Numbered from the stretch's first letter, positions 1-10,432 are shown. The stretch: DNA of 64,000 nucleotides from an uncultured Candidatus Saccharibacteria bacterium (GCA_964472495.1 CAYYLD010000001.1:21294-85293); one strand, 5' to 3'. Notes: a model not told the origin generated them from the letters alone. Translations and numbers: made by a program.

Positions 1-81
1 GAATCAACAAAAACAATCAACAATATATTGGTTGGTTGTTTTTTTGTTGTTGGCTCTAAGCGGCCATGTTATTATATATAA

Positions 82-1785
82 ATGAAAAAGATTTCTGAAC
101 AGATAATCTCTTTTGGCCTAATTGTCTTTATTGTTTTAATCTATCTGGTTTTCTTTCTCCAGATAGTCAATCATCAGAGAATTGCCTGGGGGGTTAAAGT
201 AGCTGATTTTAACCTTAGTCGGACCAAACCCCAAACAGTCCCCAAAACCCTAAAAGACAAGTTAGATAGTTTCGCTAATCAGGAATTAAATTTTTTCTAT
301 CAAGATAAAAGTTGGTCAGTTAAATTAATTGATTTAGGTTTTCTATTTGATGAAAGAGCCATTCTTGAAGCAGCTTACCAAATTGGTCATCAAGCTAACA
401 TCTTGATTAATCTTAAAGAACAATTAATCGCTTTTATCATCGGACATCAATTAGCCCCGGTCTATCAATTAGACCAAGAGCAGTTTCAAAACAAAACCAG
501 CGAGCTTTTTAGAGATATTGAAAGACCGGCTCAGAATGCTTCCCTGGTCTTTAACCAAGAAATTGATGGTTTTTCTTTGGAACACTCAACCGAGGGAACA
601 ACCATTAAGCGAGGCCAACTATTAACTGACTTGACGGCCCGAATTAGGTCCTTTTCCAGTCAGCCAATTGAGTTGCAGCTGGTTCTTGACTATCCGACAG
701 TTGAAAATGATGAGGTTGAATCAGCTCGTCAGAAAGCTGAACAAATTTTAGCCGGACAACCTTATCAATTAACCTTTGAAGGAAAATATTGGACCATTGA
801 TAAACAAAGAATAATTGACTGGTTAAAATTTGAATCGGTTAAAGAAGAAAACTCTGGTAATCAAATTCTCGGTTGCTTTTTAGATGAGGAAAAAATTAAA
901 GATTATTTAGCCGAAATAGCCAGGACAATTGACCAGCTAACGGTTGATGCCCGCCTAGAAACCGAGGGTAATCGAGCGGTTGTCTTTTCGGCCGGTCAAG
1001 CCGGTTTTCAGGTTTATCAGGAAGAAACTATTCAAGAATTGACCAAAAATATTTTAGCCCAACCGCCAATTAGCCAAACCGAGATTATAGCCAGTATTGC
1101 CCTACCTAAAATTACTTTAGGCCAGACCAATAATTTAGGCATCAACACTTTAATTGGTCAGGGCAATTCCAATTTTGGCGGCTCACCGAGCAATCGGATT
1201 CATAATATCAAAACAGGCACGGCCAAATTCAACGGCTTAATTTTGAATCCGGGTGAGGAATTTTCCTTTAATACTCTTTTGGGTGGCAGCGGCCCGGAAC
1301 AGGGATTTCTGCCGGAACTGGTTATCAAAAAAAATAAAACTGTGCCGGAATACGGCGGCGGTCTTTGTCAGGTTTCGACAACGCTTTTCCGGGCGGCCGT
1401 CAACAGCGGTCTGGAAATTACCGAGCGCAGTCCCCATGCTTTTCCGGTAGTATATTATTCCCCCCAAGGATTTGACGCCACTGTCTACGAACCCCATCCT
1501 GACCTCCGTTTCATTAACAACACGCCCGCTCATTTTTTAATCGAAGGGGTCGTCCAAGGTAATCAATTGACTTTTAATTTTTACGGGGCTGACGACGGCC
1601 GGCGCGTCCAGATTAAAGGGCCTTATCTTTTGGAAAAAAAAGAAGACGGCTCAATGAAAACTGTCTTATACCAGGAAGTCTATCAACAAGGTGAATTAGT
1701 CCATCAGCAAACTTTTTATTCTAATTACGATTCACCGAATTTGTATCCGATTGAAGGAAGCGAAAAAGAGAGCAGAGAGAATTAA
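82..1785 (+). CDS. VanW domain-containing protein, N-terminal membrane anchor
   Basis: 567-aa ORF with N-terminal TM helix. The C-terminal region GGGLCQVSTTLFRAAVNSGLEITER matches the conserved VanW core motif. Several antisense ORFs inside it are spurious. Confidence 0.7.
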   Translation: MKKISEQIISFGLIVFIVLIYLVFFLQIVNHQRIAWGVKVADFNLSRTKPQTVPKTLKDKLDSFANQELNFFYQDKSWSVKLIDLGFLFDERAILEAAYQIGHQANILINLKEQLIAFIIGHQLAPVYQLDQEQFQNKTSELFRDIERPAQNASLVFNQEIDGFSLEHSTEGTTIKRGQLLTDLTARIRSFSSQPIELQLVLDYPTVENDEVESARQKAEQILAGQPYQLTFEGKYWTIDKQRIIDWLKFESVKEENSGNQILGCFLDEEKIKDYLAEIARTIDQLTVDARLETEGNRAVVFSAGQAGFQVYQEETIQELTKNILAQPPISQTEIIASIALPKITLGQTNNLGINTLIGQGNSNFGGSPSNRIHNIKTGTAKFNGLILNPGEEFSFNTLLGGSGPEQGFLPELVIKKNKTVPEYGGGLCQVSTTLFRAAVNSGLEITERSPHAFPVVYYSPQGFDATVYEPHPDLRFINNTPAHFLIEGVVQGNQLTFNFYGADDGRRVQIKGPYLLEKKEDGSMKTVLYQEVYQQGELVHQQTFYSNYDSPNLYPIEGSEKESREN

Positions 1786-2972
1786 GAAGACTTAGCTTTT
1801 TTAGCCGGGAAAACAAATCTGACCGCCCGCGGAATTAAAGCCAGGTCTTTTTTTATTTGTTTTTTTGAATCCTTCTCCAGTTTATCCCAATCACCTCCTT
1901 GATAATATCTTTCCCCTGCTTTAACTAAACAATTGGCTAACCAAATAGCCAGCAAGGTAATTGGCAGAGCAATTAAAATATCAATGAAATAATGTTGAGC
2001 TAAATAAACTGTTCCTAAAATAGAAAAAAACGCCCAAGGGAGAGTAAAATAAATCGTTTTCCTTCTAAATTTAAAAAGATAGTAAACAATAATGATTGTC
2101 CAAGCGACATGCATGCTGGGCATGGTCGTCACCGGAGCAACATCACCTGGGCTAGCACCAACCTCTCGATGAAAATTTATAATATACTTATTCGGTTGAT
2201 AATCTTCAACCGAGTTCTTGATAAACGGGTCTATTTCTCTACCATAAACATTATTCAAAAAAGTATTCTGGGGACTGTTAGCCGGAAAAAAGAACCAGAT
2301 GGGTAAAGCAATCATTGTCGCCAAAGTCATCGCTATAATGTACTGACTAAAAAGTTTTCTCTGGTTTATTAAATAGAAAACAAGCCAGCTGATTCCCATT
2401 AACGAGCCGAGCAAGCAAAAAGAATAGAGAAATAAAGGAGCTAAATATTTTAAAAAACCGATTGAATCCTGAGACCAAAGGAAAGGATAAAAACCAAGCA
2501 TAGATTTATCTATTCTCATCAACCAATTATCGATTAAATTGCCCCGGAGTTGAATAGCCATCAAACCAATCAGGAAGGTAATCAAACTAAAGAAGAGGGT
2601 GACAAAGAAAAGAGGTCTTAAAAAAAATAAGATAGTCATTAAAAAATTTTTAAGTTTAGACCAACTCCGAGAAAATAATTTTGGCCAAGAAAGAAGGACA
2701 TTTTTCAAAGAAACTCTTTTCTCAATAAACGGCGATAACCAATTAATCAAATAGAGATACAGTTTGAAGAAAACGTAAAAATAGATGAAAAATAAGACGA
2801 AAGAAAAATAATTTATCCCTAAGGCCACATTCTTAAAACCAATTTTAAAAGAGCCTAACCAATTTGATTGGGAAACAAAAATCAGACAAGATAGGAAGAG
2901 AATCAGCGAAAAGGCAAATAAAATATATTCTTCAATCCTGATTGACTGAAGAATATTTTTAACTTTAATCAT
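1782..2972 (-). CDS. polytopic membrane protein with PAP2-like C-terminal motifs (PSMH ... HYFIDIL)
   Basis: The track ORF 1782..3056 runs through a tRNA, so I trimmed it to the first ATG after the tRNA (2972). About 10 TM helices, about 30% GC. The C-terminus carries PSxH and H...D motifs like PAP2 lipid phosphatases/phosphotransferases. Confidence 0.5.
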   Translation of the reverse strand: MIKVKNILQSIRIEEYILFAFSLILFLSCLIFVSQSNWLGSFKIGFKNVALGINYFSFVLFFIYFYVFFKLYLYLINWLSPFIEKRVSLKNVLLSWPKLFSRSWSKLKNFLMTILFFLRPLFFVTLFFSLITFLIGLMAIQLRGNLIDNWLMRIDKSMLGFYPFLWSQDSIGFLKYLAPLFLYSFCLLGSLMGISWLVFYLINQRKLFSQYIIAMTLATMIALPIWFFFPANSPQNTFLNNVYGREIDPFIKNSVEDYQPNKYIINFHREVGASPGDVAPVTTMPSMHVAWTIIIVYYLFKFRRKTIYFTLPWAFFSILGTVYLAQHYFIDILIALPITLLAIWLANCLVKAGERYYQGGDWDKLEKDSKKQIKKDLALIPRAVRFVFPAKKAKSS

Positions 2973-2978
2973 AAGCAG

Positions 2979-3062
2979 TGCGGACGGTGGGAGTTGAACC
3001 CACATGAGATTATTCTCACCAGGTCCTAAACCTGGCGCGTCTGCCAGTTCCGCCACGTCCGC
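2979..3062 (-). tRNA. tRNA-Leu (anticodon TAG)
   Basis: Hand fold of the reverse complement: GCGGACG acceptor, anticodon stem CCAGG/CCTGG, loop TTTAGGA, long variable arm, T-loop TTCAACT. No encoded CCA. Confidence 0.8.
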
Positions 3063-3105
3063 TTCATTTCTATTCTAATCCCCCTTTGTTCAAAAATCAA
3101 CACTC

Positions 3106-3134
3106 TTGACATTTAATAATTTGTTATATATAAT
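3106..3134 (+). promoter_or_regulatory. sigma-70 consensus promoter TTGACA-17 bp-TATAAT
   Basis: Exact TTGACA at 3106-3111 and TATAAT at 3129-3134 with a 17-bp AT-rich spacer. It lies about 85 bp upstream of the ORF at 3220, which has the RBS AAAGGAG. Confidence 0.6.
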
Positions 3135-3219
3135 ATAAGCAATGGCAATTTAGGCAAGGAGGGACTATTTTTTAGGTTTCTTTAATAATAGAATAATAAC
3201 CTTTACTGAAAAGAAAGGA

Positions 3220-3741
3220 GTGATTGAAATGGGTAAGCTTAAGGATGTTTTCAAAAAAGGAGCAGGGGTAGTCGGAGATATAGCTAAAGAAGCGGCTGGT
3301 GAAGGAATCGGAAAACAAATAGGAGGCGCGGCAGGAAAAAGGGTCAGCGAACGGGTTTTTGAGGATAAAAGAGGGGAACTGCTAATCGATATCTTGGCAA
3401 TCTCAGAAAATAACGAGCATCTTCTCCGGCGACACAAAAAAGCTTCGGAAAACCATACTGAAAACCGATTTGTCAACCTTCTTTGCAAGATTCCCAAAGA
3501 GCAGCGGAAGGAAACTCTCAAGATACTCAATGGGATGGAAGATTCTCAATTCGAGCAATACTTGGACCTTCTTGAGAACAATCTCTTTACACAATTTTTC
3601 CAACGAATTGGTCATCTTCTCGGAAAAGAATTAAAAGAGCTCGACGAAGGAGCGGCTGCCGGGTTAAGAGAGTTAGCCGCTAAAATAAGGGCAAGCTGCG
3701 AGGAAGGCGGTACGAGACATAAAGGGGGTGATGCGAGATGA
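3220..3741 (+). CDS. hypothetical protein (Gly/Ala-rich N-terminus, helical C-terminus)
   Basis: 173-aa ORF with a good RBS. Its stop overlaps the next start (ATGA). No motif I recognise. GC is visibly higher than in flanking genes. Confidence 0.55.
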   Translation: MIEMGKLKDVFKKGAGVVGDIAKEAAGEGIGKQIGGAAGKRVSERVFEDKRGELLIDILAISENNEHLLRRHKKASENHTENRFVNLLCKIPKEQRKETLKILNGMEDSQFEQYLDLLENNLFTQFFQRIGHLLGKELKELDEGAAAGLRELAAKIRASCEEGGTRHKGGDAR

Positions 3742-4742
3742 AAGAATTTATAAAAGCTTTCTTTGAGGACTTTCTGCCAGCCATCTGGTTGGCCGTCTTC
3801 CAAAAAGGTCCTCAAAAGATGGATAAGTTAGTTAAGTGGGTTAAACCAAGAGCGAAAAAAATCTGGAAGTGCTTTCTAGTCCTAGCGCTCATCCTGATAA
3901 TCATCCCAATCGTAGCAGTGGACTTGGCGCTCCTGTTCAAAGCAGGCTGGATAGCTGCTTTGATTGGAACCCTTCTGGCCTTAATCTTAATGGTGCTTTT
4001 TTTCAAGCCAGTCTATCTGGGCTTAGCTGCGTTGTTGGGAATAACCTGGGAGGTTCTCTACCTGCGGATTAAAGAGGCGCCAAAAACTGGTGTAAGATAC
4101 GGTAAATTATACTTGGATATTGGACTGGGTATTCTGCTCTGGGAGCTAATTATCCTTTCTTATATATCTATTTTTCCTGTCTGGAATAATCCTCAAGCAC
4201 TTCCTGTATTAGCTTTGTTTTCTCTTCTAGCGGGTTTGATGGTTTATGTCTGGAAGTTCGAGAAAATTTTCTTCCGGAAATTCGCTTACAGATTCGTAGT
4301 TTTGGTCTTAATCGTGGAAACACTCAGCTTTTTCTTCCCGTTGACTAGCCAGGCCATCAATAAAAAAATGCCAGTTGTCGATAGAAAGATATCCAATAGC
4401 ATTAAGGCATTCGGCACTTCCCGCGAGCCACCCGTGAAAAAGGATAGCTCTAAAGAACCATCTCGCCGGCTCTCCGGAATCTTCGTTCTGCCCAAGGGCG
4501 TAAAGGTGACTAAGGACATCAATGGACATGAGTATGACTATCTGGAGGGAGAAAGAGGACATTTCCAACAACTCGGCCCAACAGGACAATTTACCGTATT
4601 GAATAAGAAGATATCTTCTCTAGTAATCGATAAGCCAACCTATACAACTGACCCAGCCATCTCTGATGGCCAAGTTAAGCTAATGGCTACCGGCGGAAAG
4701 GATGTGATAGTTGAATTAACAATCCTTCCGCCGTGTTCCTAA
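3738..4742 (+). CDS. hypothetical membrane protein (about 6 TM helices + about 130-aa soluble C-terminal domain)
   Basis: 334-aa ORF translationally coupled to the previous gene. Hydrophobic N-terminal two thirds. No recognisable motif. Confidence 0.55.
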   Translation: MKEFIKAFFEDFLPAIWLAVFQKGPQKMDKLVKWVKPRAKKIWKCFLVLALILIIIPIVAVDLALLFKAGWIAALIGTLLALILMVLFFKPVYLGLAALLGITWEVLYLRIKEAPKTGVRYGKLYLDIGLGILLWELIILSYISIFPVWNNPQALPVLALFSLLAGLMVYVWKFEKIFFRKFAYRFVVLVLIVETLSFFFPLTSQAINKKMPVVDRKISNSIKAFGTSREPPVKKDSSKEPSRRLSGIFVLPKGVKVTKDINGHEYDYLEGERGHFQQLGPTGQFTVLNKKISSLVIDKPTYTTDPAISDGQVKLMATGGKDVIVELTILPPCS

Positions 4743-4749
4743 ACGCCAA

Positions 4750-4794
4750 AAGCCAGGCAAAGCAACAAAAATTGCTTTCCTGGCTTTTTTATTT
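4750..4794. terminator. bidirectional Rho-independent terminator
   Basis: AAAGCCAGGCAAAGCAA-caaaaa-TTGCTTTCCTGGC followed by TTTTTTATTT. Reads as hairpin + U-run on both strands, between convergent genes. Confidence 0.7.
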
Positions 4795-4875
4795 ATCTTA
4801 ATTCTCTCCTTGATTGTCTATCAAATTTTACTGATTAGTCAAAATCATCGTCTCTACTCATCGCTATTATCCGGC

Positions 4876-5214
4876 TTATAGCATGCTTGTAATAAATTTC
4901 TGCGCTACATAGGCAAAGAGAGCTATGCCTATGCCGACCAAGCCCCAAATCAATGTTTTTCTGGCCTTGCCTAATTTTTCTTCATCACCAGCCGCCGTCA
5001 TCCAAACAAAACCGGCGTAGATAATCATAATGATAGCAATAACCAAAACAATGACTTGGAACCATCCGGCAATGTTTTTAATTATGCCTATTAATTCCGT
5101 CGGGCTTTCCGGGCCGACATTTGTAATTGGCGCCCCGAAGGCCATCGAGACAGCAAAAGCAAAAATAGATAAGGGAAGAAGAATGGAAGAAAAAACTTTT
5201 ATCTTTTTGTTCAC
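4876..5214 (-). CDS. T4SS-pilin-like small membrane protein (paralog 1 of 3)
   Basis: 112 aa: signal peptide, then two hydrophobic helices separated by the charged loop TAAGDEEKLGKARK. This is the architecture of TrbC/VirB2-type conjugative pilins. Confidence 0.45.
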   Translation of the reverse strand: MNKKIKVFSSILLPLSIFAFAVSMAFGAPITNVGPESPTELIGIIKNIAGWFQVIVLVIAIIMIIYAGFVWMTAAGDEEKLGKARKTLIWGLVGIGIALFAYVAQKFITSML

Positions 5215-5246
5215 TAATATTCACCCCCTTTCCTTTAATAATTTAA

Positions 5247-5621
5247 TTAACCAGCTCCAAGAATATTTTTAATCAATTCAATCAAAGCCCGGCTGCTTAT
5301 CAATACAGCCAAACCAATTAAAGACCAGGTCAGGGCTTTCTTGGCTTTGCTCACTTTTTCCTCGTTGCCGGCCGCGGTCATAAATAAAAGAGCGGAATAA
5401 ACAATCATAATTACGGCCACAGACACACCAATATTAACAATCCAGGTAATAATGTCTCCGGCTAAATCGGTAAAGCTGGTGACATTAAGTGGATTAGGCA
5501 CTGAAGTTGGCGAAGCCGCTGGCCAATCTGCTTTAACGACAACCAATGGCAGACTAATCGTCAAAAGAGACAGAATCAAAATAATTGATGAAAGATTTTT
5601 GGGAGAGATATTTCTAAGCAT
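5247..5621 (-). CDS. T4SS-pilin-like small membrane protein (paralog 2 of 3)
   Basis: Same architecture, with loop motif MTAAGNEEKVSKAKK. The track start at 5651 is a non-ATG codon; the first ATG (5621) gives a typical signal peptide MLRNISPKNLSSIILIL. Confidence 0.45.
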   Translation of the reverse strand: MLRNISPKNLSSIILILSLLTISLPLVVVKADWPAASPTSVPNPLNVTSFTDLAGDIITWIVNIGVSVAVIMIVYSALLFMTAAGNEEKVSKAKKALTWSLIGLAVLISSRALIELIKNILGAG

Positions 5622-5641
5622 ATATTTTATAAACAAATCTT

Positions 5642-6076
5642 CTAAGGACAACTAGGGAATACGTTCCAAGCGCCACTGAAGGCTCCGGTAGTCAAAGTTT
5701 TAACTAAAGTGTCAATCAACAGCCAGCCGGTAAAAATGATGACCAAGCCGATAACGGTGTTAGCAAAAATACTTTTGGCCAAAGTAACTCTTCCTTCACT
5801 GCCACCGGAAACAAGGAAGATAATCCCAGCAGCTGCAAATAGAAGAATAGCCGCTGGGATAGCTAAATTAAAACTGATAAAATTGATGATATTGCTGGCC
5901 AAATGCCATAAATCACAGAGATTACATTTCTCACTGGCATCTAGCTGGCCATCACCATTAATATCCCGGCCACAAGGGACTAATGGTTCAGTGATAAAGC
6001 CAGCATAGGCCAAATTAGCGACAAACAATCCTAACAAGAGCAAAGAACCGATTAAAATTTTATGAAAGGTTCCCAT
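5642..6076 (-). CDS. T4SS-pilin-like small membrane protein (paralog 3 of 3, Cys-rich N-terminal segment)
   Basis: 144 aa. Signal peptide, a 4-Cys segment CGRDINGDGQLDASEKCNLCDLWH, then two TM helices with a SGGSEGR loop. Confidence 0.4.
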   Translation of the reverse strand: MGTFHKILIGSLLLLGLFVANLAYAGFITEPLVPCGRDINGDGQLDASEKCNLCDLWHLASNIINFISFNLAIPAAILLFAAAGIIFLVSGGSEGRVTLAKSIFANTVIGLVIIFTGWLLIDTLVKTLTTGAFSGAWNVFPSCP

Positions 6077-6077
6077 G

Positions 6078-7400
6078 TCATTTCATTAAGAGAGTTATTT
6101 GATTAGCCGCCCGATTAACCGCTTCTCTAATCGTCGCCCGGCCTAATACTACTGATTCTATCATATCGGCCAAGTATTGCTCAATAGTCAAGTTATCCAC
6201 CTGATACCAGGAATAAGCGGTCAAGGCCTGCCCGGCGAAAATTCCTAAATCGGGGTCGTCTTTCTGCCAAGTGATTAAATCACGCCGGGCCGTCGGCTTT
6301 TTAGCCAATTCTAAATATTTCTGGGCATTTTCTTTCTCGGTCAACCAAACAATAAATTGCCAGGCCTGGTCAGCGTTCTGGCAATTATGGGAAACAGCCA
6401 AGCCCCAATAATTGGCATAATTAACCTTACTAGTGGCCGCCTTAATTTGGGGCATCGGGGCAATGGCAAAATTTAAATAAGGTGACTTGGCTTGGATAGT
6501 CGGTATTTGATAGGCATAATTAAACATCATCGCCGTCTGGCCCTGAACAAAGGCGTCTAGCGAATAGTCCATCCGCGTATTCCAGGTATAAACTGATTTT
6601 AAAGGGTCAGCGAAGTCAGTATAAAATTCTAAAGCTCTTTGCCCAGGATAAAAACTTTGGCCGTCAAGTTCAACTGACTGGTTAAAGGCAGCGGCTGTTT
6701 TTTCCTGATTGACCATTTGAGCGCCCGACTGAAGCATCAAGAGAGTCAGAATATCAGTTGACCGATTAATATTGCGAGCTGTTCCTAAGGCCGCTCCGGC
6801 CCGGATAATATTATCTCGCTCGTCCTTTATGGTTAAGGCCTCTACGTCGGCCAGAAATTCTTCCCAGGTAGCTGGCGCTTGAGGAATGACAGCGGTATTA
6901 AAAATATCTTGGTTGTAAAAAAGGGTTAGGGTGTCAACGCTTAAGGGTAAGGCGGCAATAGCCCCATCGGAAACAAAATCGTCATAGACAACATCGACAA
7001 AATTTTCCTTTAACTCTTTGAGGGTAATTAACTCTGAAGGAGCGGCCCAAATCTTATCTTCGTAACGAGGCAGCCAAGTATTATGAATCACCAAAATATC
7101 CGGACCGCGACCACTGGCCATTGCTTCTAATAAATCGCTTTCATAAGTCTGGTAAGTCTTTTTGTAATATTTAATTTCTGTTTTGGGAAAAACCTGATTG
7201 AATTCTTCAATTAACGGTTGGAAAATATCCGAATCATCGAAAACGCCCCAAAACTCCAGCTTCACTTCTTTAGCTGGCGGCTCTTTACAGCCAGGCAAGA
7301 CGACGGCTAAACCAAGGAAGATAATCGGCAGGATAATTGTATAAAGAGTAGTAGCTTTGGTCTTAGACACAGTTTTAGCTCTTTTTAAAAACCAGACCAT
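6078..7400 (-). CDS. extracellular solute-binding lipoprotein (ABC-type, family-1-like), orphan
   Basis: 440 aa. Signal peptide with lipobox LPGC. The region LEFWGVFDD...[15 protein letters not shown] is typical of MalE-like substrate-binding proteins. No permease or ATPase genes nearby. Confidence 0.55.
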   Translation of the reverse strand: MVWFLKRAKTVSKTKATTLYTIILPIIFLGLAVVLPGCKEPPAKEVKLEFWGVFDDSDIFQPLIEEFNQVFPKTEIKYYKKTYQTYESDLLEAMASGRGPDILVIHNTWLPRYEDKIWAAPSELITLKELKENFVDVVYDDFVSDGAIAALPLSVDTLTLFYNQDIFNTAVIPQAPATWEEFLADVEALTIKDERDNIIRAGAALGTARNINRSTDILTLLMLQSGAQMVNQEKTAAAFNQSVELDGQSFYPGQRALEFYTDFADPLKSVYTWNTRMDYSLDAFVQGQTAMMFNYAYQIPTIQAKSPYLNFAIAPMPQIKAATSKVNYANYWGLAVSHNCQNADQAWQFIVWLTEKENAQKYLELAKKPTARRDLITWQKDDPDLGIFAGQALTAYSWYQVDNLTIEQYLADMIESVVLGRATIREAVNRAANQITLLMK

Positions 7401-7914
7401 AATGCTGACCGTCCATGGTTAATTCTTTAACTAAAGTCAAACCTTGGCCTTCGACTAATTGACGAGCTTCATCTTTAGAAATAAACCAACCTTCCTTGGG
7501 AGCCAAAGAAGAACCGGCTAACCAATCAATAATGACCAGCTGACCATTCTCTTTCAAAACCCGCTTAGCTTCTTTTAAAATTTCTTCTTTTTTTTGTGAC
7601 TGAAATAAAATATTGGCCAAAACGACCAAATCAACTGACTGGTCGGTTAATTTAGAGCCACCAGACACTTCCAGATTACCACGGATAGTTTCGATATTAG
7701 AAACTTTTTCTATTTCGGCCCGGCTTTTAACTGACTGGAGGGCCTCTTCCAGAACATCCAAGGCATAAACTTTTCCTTGGCTGACCTGCTTGGCTAAGGG
7801 AAGACTGAAATAACCGTGTCCACAGCCAAAATCAGCGATAGTCATATTATCGCGGATATCTAATTGGTCTAAAATTGTCTCTGGCTGGAGAAAACCGCCA
7901 GTTCCCTTAGCCAT
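7375..7914 (-). CDS. class I SAM-dependent methyltransferase
   Basis: Motif [15 protein letters not shown] and a Rossmann-fold pattern. 179 aa. Overlaps neighbouring genes on both sides. Confidence 0.65.
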   Translation of the reverse strand: MAKGTGGFLQPETILDQLDIRDNMTIADFGCGHGYFSLPLAKQVSQGKVYALDVLEEALQSVKSRAEIEKVSNIETIRGNLEVSGGSKLTDQSVDLVVLANILFQSQKKEEILKEAKRVLKENGQLVIIDWLAGSSLAPKEGWFISKDEARQLVEGQGLTLVKELTMDGQHYGLVFKKS

Positions 7915-7917
7915 ATT

Positions 7918-10368
7918 TTAGATGCAAGCTATCGAGGCGATTTTATCCCCTCGAGCCATCCTCATTAATTTGACTCCTTGAGTCGTCCGACCCAAAGAGG
8001 GAATGTCTTTAAGTCTAGTCCTAATGACTTGTCCTTTTTGAGAAATGGCAATTAAATCTTCGTGCTCCGGCCTTAAGATCTGACCGGCTATAATTTGACC
8101 GGTCTTGGCTGTCAAGCGGGCTGTTTTAATTCCCAGACCGCCCCGCTTCTGTAGTTTATAATACCGCAAATTGCTCCTTTTGCCAAAACCATTCTCCATG
8201 ACAACTAATAATTTAATCTGGTCTTCCCTTTTTTGGTCATCAAGAGTAACTATCTGCATACCAACTAACTTATCTTCTTTTCTCAAACCAAGCCCCTTAA
8301 CGCCGGTAGCTGTCCGGCCCATTGGTCTGATTTCAGTCTCTTTAAAATGAATACTTTGTCCCTGGGCGGTGATTAAAATAACCTGGTCTTGTCCGGAAGT
8401 AAGTTTAGCCCATTTTAGACTATCTCCCTTTTTCAAATTAATAGCCATTAGGCCATTCCGCCGGACATGACTAAATTCTTCTATCTTAGTTCTTTTGATT
8501 ATACCATTTTCCGTGGCCATAACCAAATATTTAAAGGGCTGACCATTGTTTCCATTTGGTTTAATGGTTACCACGGCCGTAACCCGTTCTTGAGCGGCCA
8601 ATTGTAGAATATTAACAATGGCTTGGCCACGGGCCGTCCGGCTGGTTTCGGGAATCTCATAGGCTTTGGCCTGGAAAACGCGGCCGCGGTCAGTAAAGAA
8701 TAAAATATTATCATGAGTGGAAGAAGATAGGAACCAACCAACAGCATCTTCCTCACGTGGGGTGATACCGAGAATACCTTTGCCGCCTCTTCTTTGAGCT
8801 CGATAAGATTGGGGATTAACTCTTTTAATATAGCCTCCTTGGGTCAGAATAATGACGCAATCTTCTTGAGGAATTAATTCCTCTTCGGTTAACTGACCGA
8901 CCGCCTGCCGATAAACTTTGGTCCGTCGCTCGTCAGCGTATCTTTCCTTTATTTCCCGCAACTCCTTCTTAATCAAGGTCAAAATTTTCTTAGGACTTTT
9001 TAATAAGGTCTCCAATTCTTTAATCAATTCTTTTTTCTCCTTTAATTCGTCCTTAATCTTCCTCTGCTCTAAACCAGCTAAAGCTTGTAACCTCATTTCC
9101 AGAATGGCCGTCGCCTGACGGTCAGTTAATTTAAATTTCTTGATTAAATTCTGATGAGCCGCTTCTCGCGTCTCTGATTTTTTAATTGTTTCAATAACTG
9201 CATCTATTTGATTAAGGGCTTTACTCAAACCAGTCAAAATATGGGCTCTCTCTTTGGCCTGCTTCAATTCAAATTGACTGCGTCGGGTAGTGACCTGCTG
9301 ACGGTGCTTAATGAATTCTTCCAAAAGCCCCTTCAAGGATAAGACTTGCGGCTGTAACCCATTAACTAGAGCGAGCATATTTAAATGGAAAGTTTTTTGT
9401 AAATCAGTTAATTTATACAAGCGATTAAGAATTTTCTGCGGTTGAGCATCGCCCTTTAGTTCAATAACTACCCGGACACCTTCTTTGTCTGATTCGTCGC
9501 GAATATCTTTAATGCCTGGCATTCTTTTGTTTTTAACCAGTTCAGCAATTTTAGCAATCAAATTGGCCTTATTGACTCCGTAAGTCATTTCGGTAATTAA
9601 AATCTGGAACTGGCCGGCTTTCTTCTCAACAATTTCTGTTTTAGCCCGCATGACAATCGGCCCCCGACCGGTGCTATAGGCCTGAATTAGTCCCTGACGG
9701 TCATAAATGGCCCCGCCAGTTGGAAAATCAGGTCCTTTAATAAATTGGAAAAGGTCCTTAACCGTTGCTTGCGGATGGTCAACGAGATAAATAACTCCCT
9801 CAACAACTTCAGCCAAATTATGAGGTGGAATATTAGTGGCCATGCCCACGGCAATCCCCATAACCCCATTTAAAAGTAATTGAGGTAATTTAGCCGGTAG
9901 AACAACCGGCTCCTGACGAGTCCCATCATAATTATCAGCCCAGTTAACCGTTGACTTCTCTATATCAACCAACATTTCTTCAGATATCCTGGCCAACCGC
10001 GATTCGGTATAGCGATAAGCAGCTGCACTATCTCCATCCATCGAGCCGAAATTCCCCTGACCATCAATTAAGGGATAACGCAGGGAAAAATCTTGAGCCA
10101 TCCGGACCAAAGCGTCATAAACAGCCGTATCTCCGTGGGGATGAAATTTTTTTAAGACATCGCCGATTACCCCGGCGCATTTCGAATATTTGCCGCTATG
10201 CCGCAGGCCAGCTTCCCACATGGCATACAAAATACGGCGATGAACTGGCTTGAGTCCATCGCGAACATCGGGCAAAGCCCGGGCGACAATCACGCTCATG
10301 GCATAGTCCAAATAGGACTCTTTCATTTCCTCGGCAATGGCTCTTTTTTTGATGTAACCTATTTCCAT
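7918..10368 (-). CDS. gyrA: DNA gyrase subunit A
   Basis: [24 protein letters not shown] active-site region with C-terminal beta-pinwheel repeats. The ORF extends to 10395; I chose the internal ATG at 10368 to match usual GyrA N-termini, but the start is uncertain. No gyrB adjacent. Confidence 0.9.
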   Translation of the reverse strand: MEIGYIKKRAIAEEMKESYLDYAMSVIVARALPDVRDGLKPVHRRILYAMWEAGLRHSGKYSKCAGVIGDVLKKFHPHGDTAVYDALVRMAQDFSLRYPLIDGQGNFGSMDGDSAAAYRYTESRLARISEEMLVDIEKSTVNWADNYDGTRQEPVVLPAKLPQLLLNGVMGIAVGMATNIPPHNLAEVVEGVIYLVDHPQATVKDLFQFIKGPDFPTGGAIYDRQGLIQAYSTGRGPIVMRAKTEIVEKKAGQFQILITEMTYGVNKANLIAKIAELVKNKRMPGIKDIRDESDKEGVRVVIELKGDAQPQKILNRLYKLTDLQKTFHLNMLALVNGLQPQVLSLKGLLEEFIKHRQQVTTRRSQFELKQAKERAHILTGLSKALNQIDAVIETIKKSETREAAHQNLIKKFKLTDRQATAILEMRLQALAGLEQRKIKDELKEKKELIKELETLLKSPKKILTLIKKELREIKERYADERRTKVYRQAVGQLTEEELIPQEDCVIILTQGGYIKRVNPQSYRAQRRGGKGILGITPREEDAVGWFLSSSTHDNILFFTDRGRVFQAKAYEIPETSRTARGQAIVNILQLAAQERVTAVVTIKPNGNNGQPFKYLVMATENGIIKRTKIEEFSHVRRNGLMAINLKKGDSLKWAKLTSGQDQVILITAQGQSIHFKETEIRPMGRTATGVKGLGLRKEDKLVGMQIVTLDDQKREDQIKLLVVMENGFGKRSNLRYYKLQKRGGLGIKTARLTAKTGQIIAGQILRPEHEDLIAISQKGQVIRTRLKDIPSLGRTTQGVKLMRMARGDKIASIACI

Positions 10369-10432
10369 TAAATTTAGCCAACAAAGAACAGCCAAGAATA
10401 TTTCTATTCACTATTGGCTGTTAGTTGATTCA

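Noticed and set aside
1237-1533. Antisense/overlapping ORFs inside the VanW gene (1237-1533 -, 1253-1450 +)
   Set aside because: Fully embedded in a longer ORF with recognisable homology. No RBS or motif support.
2973-3056. N-terminal 28 codons of the track ORF 1782-3056 (MAELADAPGLGPGENNLMWVQLPPSALL)
   Set aside because: This stretch is the antisense of tRNA-Leu(TAG), so I placed the real start at the first downstream ATG (2972).
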